A DNA stretch of 63,830 nucleotides, the filler included, from Octopus bimaculoides (Eukaryota): NCBI RefSeq assembly GCF_001194135.2. It is 7 parts of 7 records of this genome, joined end to end, with 100 filler letters (N's around TTAATTAATTAA, not from the genome) between each part and the next. Parts side by side here need not be neighbours in the genome. Positions count along the whole stretch, not along the records: positions 1 to 13,913 come from NC_068995.1; positions 14,014 to 37,698 come from NC_069000.1; 5 more parts are not named here. One strand, 5' to 3'. Both the position numbers and the translations under genes were made by a program. The notes beneath the pieces were generated by a model, which ran no database searches, was not told the origin of the DNA, and saw nothing but the letters and a program-made list of their open reading frames with translations. This document shows, one piece after another, positions 12,790 to 23,819 of the stretch. Every line of letters begins with the position of its first letter. Position 1 is the stretch's first letter.

Positions 12790-13100
12790 CTTACGCGAAT
12801 ACTATGGAATTTTTACTCCCTTATCTTTACTCCCCACCTCACTTAGCAGTCATTCTAGTAGCTCTTTTGTCTTAATAACACAGTAATTTCCCTTTGTTTA
12901 ACGGTCATTTTCATAGCACTTTTTCGATGGCCAGATAACTGAAGAGATAGCGGCGTGGGTTTCCGCCCCGACATCCGAAACTCGGAGTTTTATCATGGCT
13001 ACCGAATAATTGTCACATATTTACAGATATATTCCTCTATTTACATAATATCGAGGTCTCTTTCTTTCTTTTGTTGTCTTACCTTTTCTATCAATACATA
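12790..13100 (+). mobile_element. Penelope-associated repeat carrying a hammerhead motif; second partial copy at 21150-21227 (-)
   Basis: 13010-13090 matches the reverse complement of 21150-21227; contains the hammerhead at 12934-12994. Confidence 0.55.
12934..12994 (+). ncRNA. Type I hammerhead ribozyme (predicted)
   Basis: GATAA-CTGAAGA-[stem II]-GAAA-CTC-G-GAG-T-T-TTATC: stem I GATAA/TTATC, intact core, near-palindromic stem III, GUU cleavage triplet. Confidence 0.7.
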
Positions 13101-13144
13101 TATATGTATATATTTGTGTGTCTGCGTTTGTCCCTCCACTATTA

Positions 13145-13304
13145 CTTGACAACAGATGGTGGTGTGTTTACATCCTCATCATTTGGCGGTTCGGCGAAAA
13201 AGCTTACAAAGAGTCCATTTGTTCGATTGAAGGCGATGCTGCAGCAACACCACAGTCAAATGACTGAAACAAATACAAGAATAAACGAATATATACATAT
13301 ATAT

Positions 13305-13398
<94 letters not shown>

Positions 13399-13540
13399 CT
13401 GTGTGGTAAGTAGCTTTCTTACCAACCACATGGTTCCACATTCAGTCTCACTGCTGCGTGGCACCCGGGTCAAGTATCTTCTACTATAGCCTAGGGCCAA
13501 CCAAAACCGTGTGAGTGGATATGGTAGACATATATAACCG
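13145..13540 (+). mobile_element. CORE-type tRNA SINE (family B) pieces separated by (CA)n at 13306-13395
   Basis: Tail piece 13145-13290; head ggctgtgtggtaagtag...gcgtggcacccgggtcaagtatcttctactatagcc at 13397-13540. Confidence 0.8.
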
Positions 13541-13707
13541 TAAAAAAAAAAAAATCTATATACATGCATATACATATACATCTATATATACATATATACA
13601 TACATATGAATATATACATACATATATACATATATATATTTGCGTATATATACGTATATACATATATGTACATATATATTAATATGTGAAAACGGAAAAT
13701 TAATACT

Positions 13708-13745
<38 letters not shown>

Positions 13746-13913
13746 TTATGTATTTATGTGTTTCAGCCAAGTGGCTGCGGTCATGCTGGTGCACCACCGT
13801 GATTTTCACGTTCCTTGCATGGCTCTTCTCCCCCACCTGACATGGTCCAATCAAGAGTTTTGATGGCACATCTGGTGTATAAGAGAATTTGACATAGCTG
13901 CCCTAAACTACGT

Positions 13914-14013
13914 NNNNNNNNNNNNNNNNNNNNNNNNNNNNNNNNNNNNNNNNNNNNTTAATTAATTAANNNNNNNNNNNNNNNNNNNNNNNNNNNNNNN
14001 NNNNNNNNNNNNN
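13914..14013. other. Assembly spacer N44-TTAATTAATTAA-N44 (also 37699-37798, 45874-45973, 51088-51187, 59660-59759, 61592-61691)
   Basis: Identical 100-bp block six times; the 12-mer gives stops in all six frames. Confidence 0.97.
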
Positions 14014-14361
14014 AGAATATAACGGAACGCTGAACTCCAGACTATCAACTTAAACAACATTTATTCAGGTGGTAAATATATACATCCTTAGCTCTTGTTG
14101 TTACAGCTTCTGTGTGTGTGAGCATAGTTGTTGGGACGTTGTTATGTAGATGTAAGCGAGTTGTCTAGCGTAAGTCCGAAAGATGGAGAGTGACAGCTAA
14201 ACACGTAAAGAGACTGTCTCCAGAGTTGGGTGTTGGAGATACTGCTTGACACGTCCATGCTCTATTGCTGGCCAGCAAGAAAGAGAATGAATTGAGCGGG
14301 AACGCTTGGTTGTTTAATTCTACGCATGCGTGAGACTACTCATGCGCACGGCGTTACTACA
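14014..14361 (-). mobile_element. Probable LTR, truncated by the spacer
   Basis: Minus strand starts TGTAGTAACG and has AATAAA about 45 bp before the gap; higher GC than the flanks. Confidence 0.45.
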
Positions 14362-14407
14362 AGACCATCGATGAGGTTGCATATTCTCTGCAGATTAATC
14401 ATGGTTC

Positions 14408-15990
14408 CAGTGGCAGATCTACCATAAAACTAATGAAGCTTAAGCTTCAGGGCCCCTAACACTCGAAGCAACTTATTTTTTTCATTCTATCAATGTTTTT
14501 GTTTTTGTATTTTGCCATGCAGATTGCTGTTACCAGTATTAGCGGACGTCATATCATACTCTTACGCAGAATCTAGACACGCAGTGTCTAGCCACGAGTT
14601 GTTCACCTGTTGTTTCTGCCGGTGTGGAGTAGCATAAAATATGAAAGTACAAACAACTCGCAGATCATTTACTTGAATTACTTTAAAAACTTCAGTCCTG
14701 TCCCTCCCATTGTCAAATATGTCTACTACTACATTAGCGCGGTAGAGATAAGAATTCTTATTTTCACACCATTATTTAATGGCCAATGAAAGGGTTTGCT
14801 TCCTAATATTGGATTTACAATCTGTTCAGTAACAAAGCATTTTCTCTACTTTAAAAATTGTTTGAATATCACCTTGTACAAAATGAACAATTCTTCATTT
14901 ATGACTATATATTAAGTTGTGGATCCTTATCTTGATCGATCTCTGTCTCGCTGTGGCTAATGAAAATATTACCCCAATTTTTTTTCACAGAAGTCTAGGC
15001 CCCATGATGAATAGCAAAGTCTTCAAGAAAGTATTTAACTCAAAGAAGTACTTAACGCTAACTCAAAGAAAATCAATCTAACGAAATTTCTAAATGACAA
15101 AAACTATCAAACTATTTTACAATGTCAAGTAAAAACTTGTCATCACCTGCAGCTGAAACTAGCCATGCAAGCACCAGTGAAGTCAATGATAGTGCGCAAA
15201 CCATGAGTGCTCTGTTTAGCAATAATCAATCTACTGTCGACACTTTTGGTGCAGATGATGATCACAGTGGTCAAAAACTTCGAGAAAAGAGAGCAGTAAC
15301 AGGAAACAAGAACCAAATTTAGTGATTTCAAAGAATACAGTGTCCTGGTACACTGGCCCGTGACAATTGATAATGATTTCATACAAAACAGTTTAATGCA
15401 AGACATCAGTTTTTCCAAAATATAAAAAAAAAAACAGGTAGTGTATATACTGAATCCAACAAGATTTACAAACAGCAAAATCGAAGTTTCTCAGACAAGT
15501 ACTTTGATAGAAAGATTGAAAAATTGTCAGACTGTGATGATATCCTGGTTAGTTTATTCAAAGAGCAAACTCTTTTCTAAATGACAAANNNNNNNNNNNN
15601 NNNNNNNNNNNNNNNNNNNNNNNNNNNNNNNNNNNNNNNNNNNNNNNNNNNNNNNNNNNNNNNNNNNNNNNNNNNNNNNNNNNNNNNNNNNNNNNNNNNN
15701 NNNNNNNNNNNNNNNNNNNNNNNNNNNNNNNNNNNNNNNNNNNNNNNNNNNNNNNNNNNNNNNNNNNNNNNNNNNNNNNNNNNNNNNNNNNNNNNNNNNN
15801 NNNNNNNNNNNNNNNNNNNNNNNNNNNNNNNNNNNNNNNNNNNNNNNNNNNNNNNNNNNNNNNNNNNNNNNNNNNNNNNNNNNNNNNNNNNNNNNNNNNN
15901 NNNNNNNNNNNNNNNNNNNNNNNNNNNNNNNNNNNNNNNNNNNNNNNNNNNNNNNNNNNNNNNNATTCTTTCTTCAATTGTATTGACCTG
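14408..15990 (+). mobile_element. hAT-superfamily DNA transposon remnant
   Basis: Left end CAGTGGCAGATCT...GGGCCCC; degenerate ORF with VLVHWPVTIDNDFIQ and ISWLVYSKSK, resembling the N-terminal region of ZMYM1-like hAT transposases. Confidence 0.55.
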
Positions 15991-16144
15991 ATGTTAAAAC
16001 TTCATAATTCATGACTAACTTAAATATATCACTTGTGCGGTGAAATGAAAGTTACTGTTAAACGATTGCTTGGTGTTGTTTTATCATTTTCACGCAGCCC
16101 CACGTGACTATAACTAACCAGTCGCAATAATAATAATTATTTTT

Positions 16145-16490
16145 AATATCGGCTCAAGGCCAGCAATTTTGAGACGAGGTGGTTAGTCGATGGCATCGAT
16201 TTCAATACTTGACTGGCATTTCATCGACTCTGAAAGAAGGAAAGGCAAAGTTTGATGTCAGCAGGATTTGAACTCAGAGTGTGAAGAACGGAAACAAGTA
16301 TCGGTTTCAAATTTTGGCACAAAGCCAGCAAGTTTGGGGAATGGGGGTAAGTCGATTACATTGACTCCAATGTTCAGATGGTACTTATTTTATCGATCTC
16401 CAATGGATGAAGGGCAAAGTTGACTTCGACGGAATTTGAACTCAGAACGTTAAGACAGACGAAATATCCACTGCTGCTATGCATTTTTGT
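16145..16490 (-). mobile_element. Two tandem family-A (Meta-type) SINEs
   Basis: Reverse complement of the family-A core (gaaaggcaaagt, ggaatttgaactcagaacg). Confidence 0.8.
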
Positions 16491-16589
16491 CTCGCAACCT
16501 TTTATCTGATGTTCTACCGGTTCTCCTTTACAATAACAACAACAACAGCAACAACAATAACAGCATCAACAATAATAATAATAATAAAT

Positions 16590-16912
16590 TCTGTTTTATT
16601 GGCCACAAGGGCTAATATAAATCAAAAACATGTAAGGACAATACTCGGGCACTGGACGAATGCGTGTAGGACGGTTTCGTCATCCTGAGCGCACCTCGGG
16701 CAGGCCCGGCTGACAGCGCTTCCGTGACGGTAGAGTTTATTCTGAACAGGCAGCGCACCTCGGTAACACTGCCAGGCGAGGGACCTTTGGAAGTTATCCA
16801 TGGGCCCCGGCCCGAAAGTTCTTCGGAACAGACTGTTCAACTGATTATCTTCGACGCCTAGAGTTTCCCCGAGAACGTCGTCGCACTTTTCCTCCACTAA
16901 CCCTGTATATGA
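16590..16912 (-). mobile_element. L1/Tx1 LINE 3' fragment, copy 4 (internally deleted)
   Basis: ORF 16622-16966 contains FQRSLAWQCYRGALPVQNKLYRHGSAVSRACPRCAQDDETVLHAFVQC; 3' end tagcccttgtggccaataaa. Confidence 0.88.
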
Positions 16913-16934
16913 CGCTAGAGTGGAGCTAATAGTA

Positions 16935-17310
16935 ATAATTATAATGACGGGTTCAAATTTTGGCATAAAGCCAGCACTTTTAGGGGAGGATGAATCAATT
17001 ACATCTACCCCAATGTCTAACTGGTACTTATTTTATCGACCTCGAAAGAATGAAAGGCAAAGTCAACTTTTGAAATCAGATCAGAACGCATAGCTGGAAG
17101 AAATGCGGCTAAGCATTTTGTCTGCTCGCTGACGATTGTGCCAGCTTACTGTCATAACGATTGTTTCTAACATAGGCACAAGGTCCAAAATTTAATGGGA
17201 GGATTAGTTGAATAAATCGACTGCAGGATTTGATTGGTACTTTATTTTATCACCTCAGGAACGATGAAAACCAAAGTTCAACTTGACGGGATTTGAATCT
17301 AAAAATATTG
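16935..17310 (-). mobile_element. Two family-A SINEs
   Basis: Reverse-complement core motifs. Confidence 0.75.
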
Positions 17311-17431
17311 ATTTCTAATATTTGCACAAAGTCTCGCGGAAGTAGGGTAGAGGGGATTAAATTGTCCCTAGTATTCAGCCAATTGACACTGCTCCAAATA
17401 ACGATGACAAATCTAATCTCAGCGACCTGAA

Positions 17432-17637
17432 AACGTGTACACCGCGATTTGCTTATAAACCCCAGAACAACCCTCCTAAGAAGGTTCTCTAGCTGTGACC
17501 ATCCTGTCTTTTTTCTTTTTTGCAAGCATCACAGGTAGAACGTGTACACCGCGATTTGCTTATAAACCCCAGAACAACCTTCCTAAGAAGGTTCTCTAGC
17601 ATCTTGTCTTTTTTTCCTTTTTGCAAGGATCACAGGT
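17432..17637. repeat. Tandem duplication, ~107-bp unit x2
   Basis: aacgtgtacaccgcgatttgcttataaacc...cacaggt starts at 17432 and at 17539. Confidence 0.95.
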
Positions 17638-17809
17638 CTACTTTATCTAACATGTTCTATTTTAAGACAATAGGGTATGATTTGAGAGAAACTTTGACTG
17701 CTACTTCTAGCAGGTCAAACGACAGTGTAAGAAGCTCCTTTTATTTGTATGATACCGTCAATAATTTTACTAAACGTTTCTTACAATTTACGCCGTTTGA
17801 GGTTGATTT

Positions 17810-17985
17810 CTAGTATAGGCACAAGGTCATACATTTTGTGGGACGTTGTCGATTGTATTGACTGAGGACTTGACTGGTATTTATTTTATCGATTGCGGTA
17901 TGATGAAAGGCAAACTGATCTTGGAGGGCTTCGAAATTAAAATGTAAATAGCCACAATGAAATACTGCTTGGCGTTTGAGACTAA
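17810..17985 (-). mobile_element. Family-A SINE, degenerate
   Basis: ggcacaagg...gactggtatttattttatcga...gaaaggcaaa. Confidence 0.7.
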
Positions 17986-19209
17986 TAATATTAATAATGA
18001 TTTTTTTGTGTGCGTTTAATGATTTCTTTATCTAATTATGATATGTTTAGAATTAAGAATCAATGAATAGTTGTTAGCTTAATCATAAAACAAACAAAAA
18101 AAATTATAAACAATTTCCAATCATTGGAGTACGTTCAACTGAAAAAGGCTTCTTGTTAATATTTTATTCTTTCAGTTTTCATTGCCAAATCGAAAAGTCT
18201 GCCCATTAATTTCCATCAAAGAGGTTGTCTGCTCATTTAATATGTGAGCTTATGTCTTATTGAGCCGGTTTTAAACCATAAGCACTAACAATCACTCATC
18301 TGACCTGTGTTACTGTTGTAAAACGTAAACCCGTTACGCTTGCATTACCTCCAATCCTTTCTATATTGCGCTATACTCTCCTTTTACTTCTCCTGTCACC
18401 ACTCCCATAAAGATTACGACTACCACCACCATTCTCTATAGCACTCCACTATTTTCTATCTGTCTCATATACACATACTCACTCTCCATTTCCCTCTTTG
18501 TTTCTACCTTTTATTTTCCCTTGTGTATAAACATCTTCGTTCATTTTCTTCTCCTTTTCCCTTCGTCCTGTCTTTAATCTTTCATTGTGTTTACTCCCAC
18601 CTTTTTTTGCTACTATTTCTATTTTCTCTCTCTCTCTCTCTCTCTTTCTATCACTCTCTCTATCTTTACCATCACCTCTATATTCTTATTATTCTCTTTT
18701 TTGTCCTTTCTTGTCTGTCGCCCCGACTCTCTCCCCGCTCTGTTTTAAACCCACTGCATATCTCTATTTCTACTACCACTACAACTAATAGTCTTTCTCT
18801 CTCTAAGTCTCCCACTCACTTTTATTCACACCTTACAATAGGTGGTGGTGGTTTTCATTTTACTTAACTGACTACAATTTTTTTTTTACCAATTATAACA
18901 AGCGGATGCCTTAAGAAAAATAAAAATAAAAATAAAAAATAGTTTTAAAATACAATAAAGTTAAAAAATACATTAGCAAAATAGTCACCACCACGACTGT
19001 CTCTGTCACCACCACCATTATCACTATGAAGGCCACCGTTACCACCACCACCACTGCATTCATCACCACACCTATCACTGCAACCACAATGACTACCATC
19101 AGCAACAACAATTAATACAACAATAATAACAATTGACACAACCGTCGCTCATATATATATACACACACACACACACTCTCTCCCCGCTCGCATTTCACAT
19201 CTTGCAGCC

Positions 19210-19273
19210 ATGGCGAATGGAATACTGTTCGTCTTCTGTCTGCTTTTACTGGGAAATTATGTTATGGTAAAAG
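19210..19273 (+). CDS. First coding exon (signal peptide) of an Ig-superfamily gene
   Basis: gcagccATGG Kozak context; MANGILFVFCLLLLGNYVMVK hydrophobic signal peptide; donor AAG|GTTAGT, phase 1. Confidence 0.72.
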
Positions 19274-21101
19274 GTTAGTATTCACTGTCATTTACTTACT
19301 TTTCATTTGTTTAATTTAAATATATATATGTGATTTTTCACAGACATTCATATTTGTATGAAACATTCTTACATTGTTAACTAACGTTTATATTGAAGAA
19401 AGGTATTCACAAATATTTAAATATTATCCAAACACGGTTTGAGTATGTACATACAAATACACCAAACCAACATGCAACACACACACACACACACTATATA
19501 GAGAGGTCTATAAACAAAGGTCATATTAATCTGCTAGTAATATCTGCTATTCTCTTACATCTGTAGTATCTGATTTATATATAAATTCATATACCACACG
19601 GGAATAACACATACATGAGTATATAATGTACATACCCTTGTATAGATCTTTGCTGGTGCATACCTAACAACTCTTATATCCAAATTCTTTAAATACTATA
19701 CTAGTAGACCGATGTCATACACATGTTTTATCTACACGCTCACACACTCCACCACATATAATTAAAATCCATATACGAATCAACTAAATAGACGATCCAA
19801 CCAACCATAGGAGAGTACATACGCATACATGCATGAAAATATGTTTATATCATGTAAACGACTAAATATATACAAGCTGTAAGTGCGCGTACGGTTTTAA
19901 AGAGCGCGCGTGCAAGAGAGTAGTGTAGATATAAGGGTGTATGTGACATGGTATGCGTGCGTGGAAGAAGGGATTACGACAACAAAAGGCTTTCTTCATC
20001 GGCCCTTAGCACGTGTTAGGCTTCGTGTAATTCCTCGAATGAGAAAAATTTAATTTTTCTTTTTTTTTTTGGCATTTGTCACTTTTACTTCCCCGCCTGT
20101 ATAGATCCATATATATATATATATATAATTAAGTGGAGAATATTTATATATGTTTGTGTGTGTCACATGCATTAAGTACCATGCTTAAAAAAGAAATAAG
20201 TACTCTGGTCGATTAGTTCGATTAAATTTCTTCAAGGCAGTGCCCCAGCATGGCCGCAGTCTAAGCCCTGAAACTAGATTTTAAAAAATGTTTCAGAAGA
20301 CTGTGTGCCTTATGTTACTAACGTCATTGACCTTTTATTTCTTTTAATGTAATGTTTTTGTTCATCTATTGTTATTCGTCTGCCCCCTTTCTCTCTCTCT
20401 CAAATGATAATTTCCTAAACAACGGAACCATGTCTCATACAAACACCTACACAAATAAATGTGTGTGTGTGTGTTCCCTCTTTTTGTATTTTAAAAACCG
20501 TCATATGAACCTTCTTTGGGTTTCCCTACCCTGCAGTTAATTTGAAAGAAATGTTCCGAGAGGCGAGTATTCTCTCACAACGCCCGTTAACTTACTAGAT
20601 ATTAAAATTCAATCATATTTTCCGAGTGAGTAGCTTGAAATCTGCCTTTGGTTTAAGTACTGTTTGATTGTATGTCTTGTGTGTGAAGACTCTTAGATCA
20701 CATATATACACACGCGCCGCGAACACACACATACACACATATATATATATACGAGCAGAAGGAAGAGTACTCGATATTAAGTTTATTGAGAGAACCCTAC
20801 GTACTTCCTCGACTCGATCTGCAAGAAATACCAGATAAATCGACAAATCACACCCAACTGTTTAAAAAAAAATTTTTTAATATCTTTTTCTTAAATATAG
20901 GACACTAATGTAGTCAAAAGTAGACTGAATAAAATACGGATGGTCATGCTTGGAACTCCTCTGAATATTCGTTTGCTAGATCATTGATAATATAACAACA
21001 AATATACGATAAACATTTAAGAGCTCAATACAAAATATGAATTCAGTAGAGTATGTTACATTTGCATATATTAGAGCAGAAAGATTTGAACAATGACCTA
21101 T

Positions 21102-21153
<52 letters not shown>

Positions 21154-21959
21154 TAGAAAGGACAACAAAAGAAAGAAAGAGACCTCGATATCATGTAAAT
21201 AGAGGAATTTGTCTGTAAAAATATGTGNNNNNNNNNNNNNNNNNNNNNNNNNNNNNNNNNNNNNNNNNNNNNNNNNNNNNNNNNNNNNNNNNNNNNNNNN
21301 NNNNNNNNNNNNNNNNNNNNNNNNNNNNNNNNNNNNNNNNNNNNNNNNNNNNNNNNNNNNNNNNNNNNNNNNNNNNNNNNNNNNNNNNNNNNNNNNNNNN
21401 NNNNNNNNNNNNNNNNNNNNNNNNNNNNNNNNNNNNNNNNNNNNNNNNNNNNNNNNNNNNNNNNNNNNNNNNNNNNNNNNNNNNNNNNNNNNNNNNNNNN
21501 NNNNNNNNNNNNNNNNNNNNNNNNNNNNNNNNNNNNNNNNNNNNNNNNNNNNNNNNNNNNNNNNNNNNNNNNNNNNNNNNNNNNNNNNNNNNNNNNNNNN
21601 NNNNNNNNNNNNNNNNNNNNNNNNNNNNNNNNNNNNNNNNNNNNNNNNNNNNNNNNNNNNNNNNNNNNNNNNNNNNNNNNNNNNNNNNNNNNNNNNNNNN
21701 NNNNNNNNNNNNNNNNNNNNNNNNNNNNNNNNNNNNNNNNNNNNNNNNNNNNNNNNNNNNNNNNNNNNNNNNNNNNNNNNNNNNNNNNNNNNNNNNNNNN
21801 NNNNNNNNNNNNNNNNNNNNNNNNNNNNNNNNNNNNNNNNNNNNNNNNNNNNNNNNNNNNNNNNNNNNNNNNNNNNNNNNNNNNNNNNNNNNNNNNNNNN
21901 NNNNNNNNNNNTATATATACACACACACACACATTTAGACATAATTTAGTGCTAAACGT

Positions 21960-22560
21960 TGTTGCTTCAACTGCAAGAGAGGGTCAAGTGCCTGAACTGA
22001 GTTTACTCAAGACAACATTTGTGAAGCAAGGTATGAGGCCAAAAAGACAGAAATCTCAGCAGGGTGAAGACAAAAAATGGGAGGTGTTTGTGGACAGGCC
22101 ATTGCATGAAAGCATCGGCAGCACTTTGACCCGACCTTGTTTTGGTAGATGAGAGTCAGAGACATGTGGTCCTTGGGAAGCTTACTGTGCCATGGGAGGC
22201 CCATGAGCACAAGCTGTTGGGCTATGAAGAGCTGGTAGTTGAGATTCAGGAGAAGGGTTTACAGATGCAAGCTGGTTGTGTTCGAGATCGGCTGCAGGGG
22301 TTTCCCAGCAGCTTCCCTCAGAAGATTTCTGAAGGTGGCTGGTGTGTCTACTGTGAAGAAGACCATCAAGGAATGTGGGGAGAAAACAGTTGAGCCTAGT
22401 GCTTGTATTACCAGGAGGTTTATGAATGCGGATAAGACCAGAGAACTGTCATGAGTCTGGTTACAACACAATACGTCCAGCTATTTCAGGCCCACCATGG
22501 GGAGAGGTTCTAAGCTTGATGGGGGGAAATCTTGTTGAAGCACAACACTCAGCTGATGAT
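21960..22560 (+). mobile_element. HERO-like (RLE-type) non-LTR retrotransposon 3' fragment
   Basis: Frameshifted TRP(D)LVLVDESQRHVVLGKLTVPWEAHEHK and VFEIGCRGFPAASLRRFL, a PD-(D/E)xK-type restriction-like endonuclease domain. Confidence 0.75.
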
Positions 22561-22627
22561 TGGAGCCAGGAGAGAAATAGGGCACTCTGTGTTTTCTTCT
22601 ACTATATACGTATATGTGTATGTATTT

Positions 22628-22840
22628 CTTTTATTTCTTTCAGTCATTTGAATGCAGCCATGCTGGAGCACCGCTTTTAGTCAAGTAAATCGACCCCAGC
22701 ACTTATTCTTTGTTAGCCTAGTACTTACTTTGTTGGTGTCTTTTGCCAAACCGGTAAGTTATGGGGACGTAAACACACCAGCATTTGTCAAGCAATGGTG
22801 GGGGAGACAAACACAGAAACAAACATATACATGCACATAC

Positions 22841-22883
<43 letters not shown>

Positions 22884-23064
22884 AACACATATATGTATAT
22901 ACGACTGGCTTCTTTCAGTTTTAGTCTATCAAATCCACTCACAAGGTTTTGGTCAGCTCAAGGCTATAGAAGACGACACTTGCCCAAGGTGCCATGCATT
23001 GGGACCGAACCTGGAATAATGTGATTGGTAAGCAAGCTACTTACCACACAGCCACTCCTGTGTC
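22628..23064 (-). mobile_element. Family-B CORE SINE, full length, CR1-like tail
   Basis: tRNA-like head, CORE-like ggcaccttgggcaagtgtc, internal (TA)n, tail ggtgctccagcatggctgc...gactgaaa. Confidence 0.9.
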
Positions 23065-23086
23065 TATATGTATATATATGTAAATA

Positions 23087-23482
23087 CTCTTTTACTTGTT
23101 TCAGTCATTTGACTGTGGTCATGCTGGAGCACCGCCTTTAGTCGAGCAAATCAACCCCAGGACTTATTCTTTGTAAGCCTAGTACTTATTCTATCGGTCT
23201 CTTTTGCCAAACCACTAAGTTACGGGGACGTAAACACACCAGCATCGGTTGTCAAGCGATGTTAGGGGAACAAAAATAGACACAAACATATACACACACA
23301 CATACATACACATGTATATACGATGGGCTTCTTTCAGTTTCCGTCTACCAAATCCACTCACAAGGCTTTGGTCGGCCCGAGACTATAGTAAAAGACACTT
23401 GCCCAAGGTGTCACGCAGTGGGACTGAACCTGGAACCATGTGGTTTGTAAGCAAGCTACTTACCACACAGCCGCCCCTACAC
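23087..23482 (-). mobile_element. Family-B CORE SINE, second tandem copy
   Basis: Same architecture as 22628-23064. Confidence 0.9.
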
Positions 23483-23561
23483 CTATGTGAATATATATAT
23501 ATGTGTGTGTGTGTGTGTAAGATTAAATAAATGGAGTTATATGCATGTGTTAAATGATTTA

Positions 23562-23777
23562 TCTTATAAATGATTTCTATTTATATATATGTATATATAT
23601 ATATATATATACATACATATATATGTATATANNNNNNNNNNNNNNNNNNNNNNNNNNNNNNNNNNNNNNNNNNNNNNNNNNNNNNNNNNNNNNNNNNNNN
23701 NNNNNNNNNNNNNNNNNNNNNNNNNNNNNNNGTCTGTGTGAATCCCTAACCCGGGCAACGCCGGGTATTTCTGCTAG
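23562..23777 (+). mobile_element. Non-autonomous Helitron (3' end clear, 5' end uncertain, internal gap)
   Basis: CCCGG-GCAACG-CCGGG hairpin at 23750-23765 followed by CTAG|T at 23774-23778; candidate A|TC start at 23562. Confidence 0.7.
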
Positions 23778-23819
23778 TATAATATATATATATATAATAT
23801 TTGATGATTGAATTGAAAA

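Noticed and set aside
13071-13581. His/Thr, Cys/Val, Ile/Tyr, poly-Ile and poly-Leu repeat ORFs throughout the window
   Set aside because: Translations of (CA)n, (TA)n and (ATT)n microsatellites
13958-13969. Palindromic TTAATTAATTAA recurring six times
   Set aside because: Always centred in exactly 44+44 Ns and gives stops in all six frames, so it is an artificial contig-joining spacer
22628-23482. Repeated similar units that might suggest a CRISPR-like array or tRNA genes
   Set aside because: Dispersed or tandem SINE copies of irregular spacing and orientation; the heads are tRNA-like but lack a full cloverleaf
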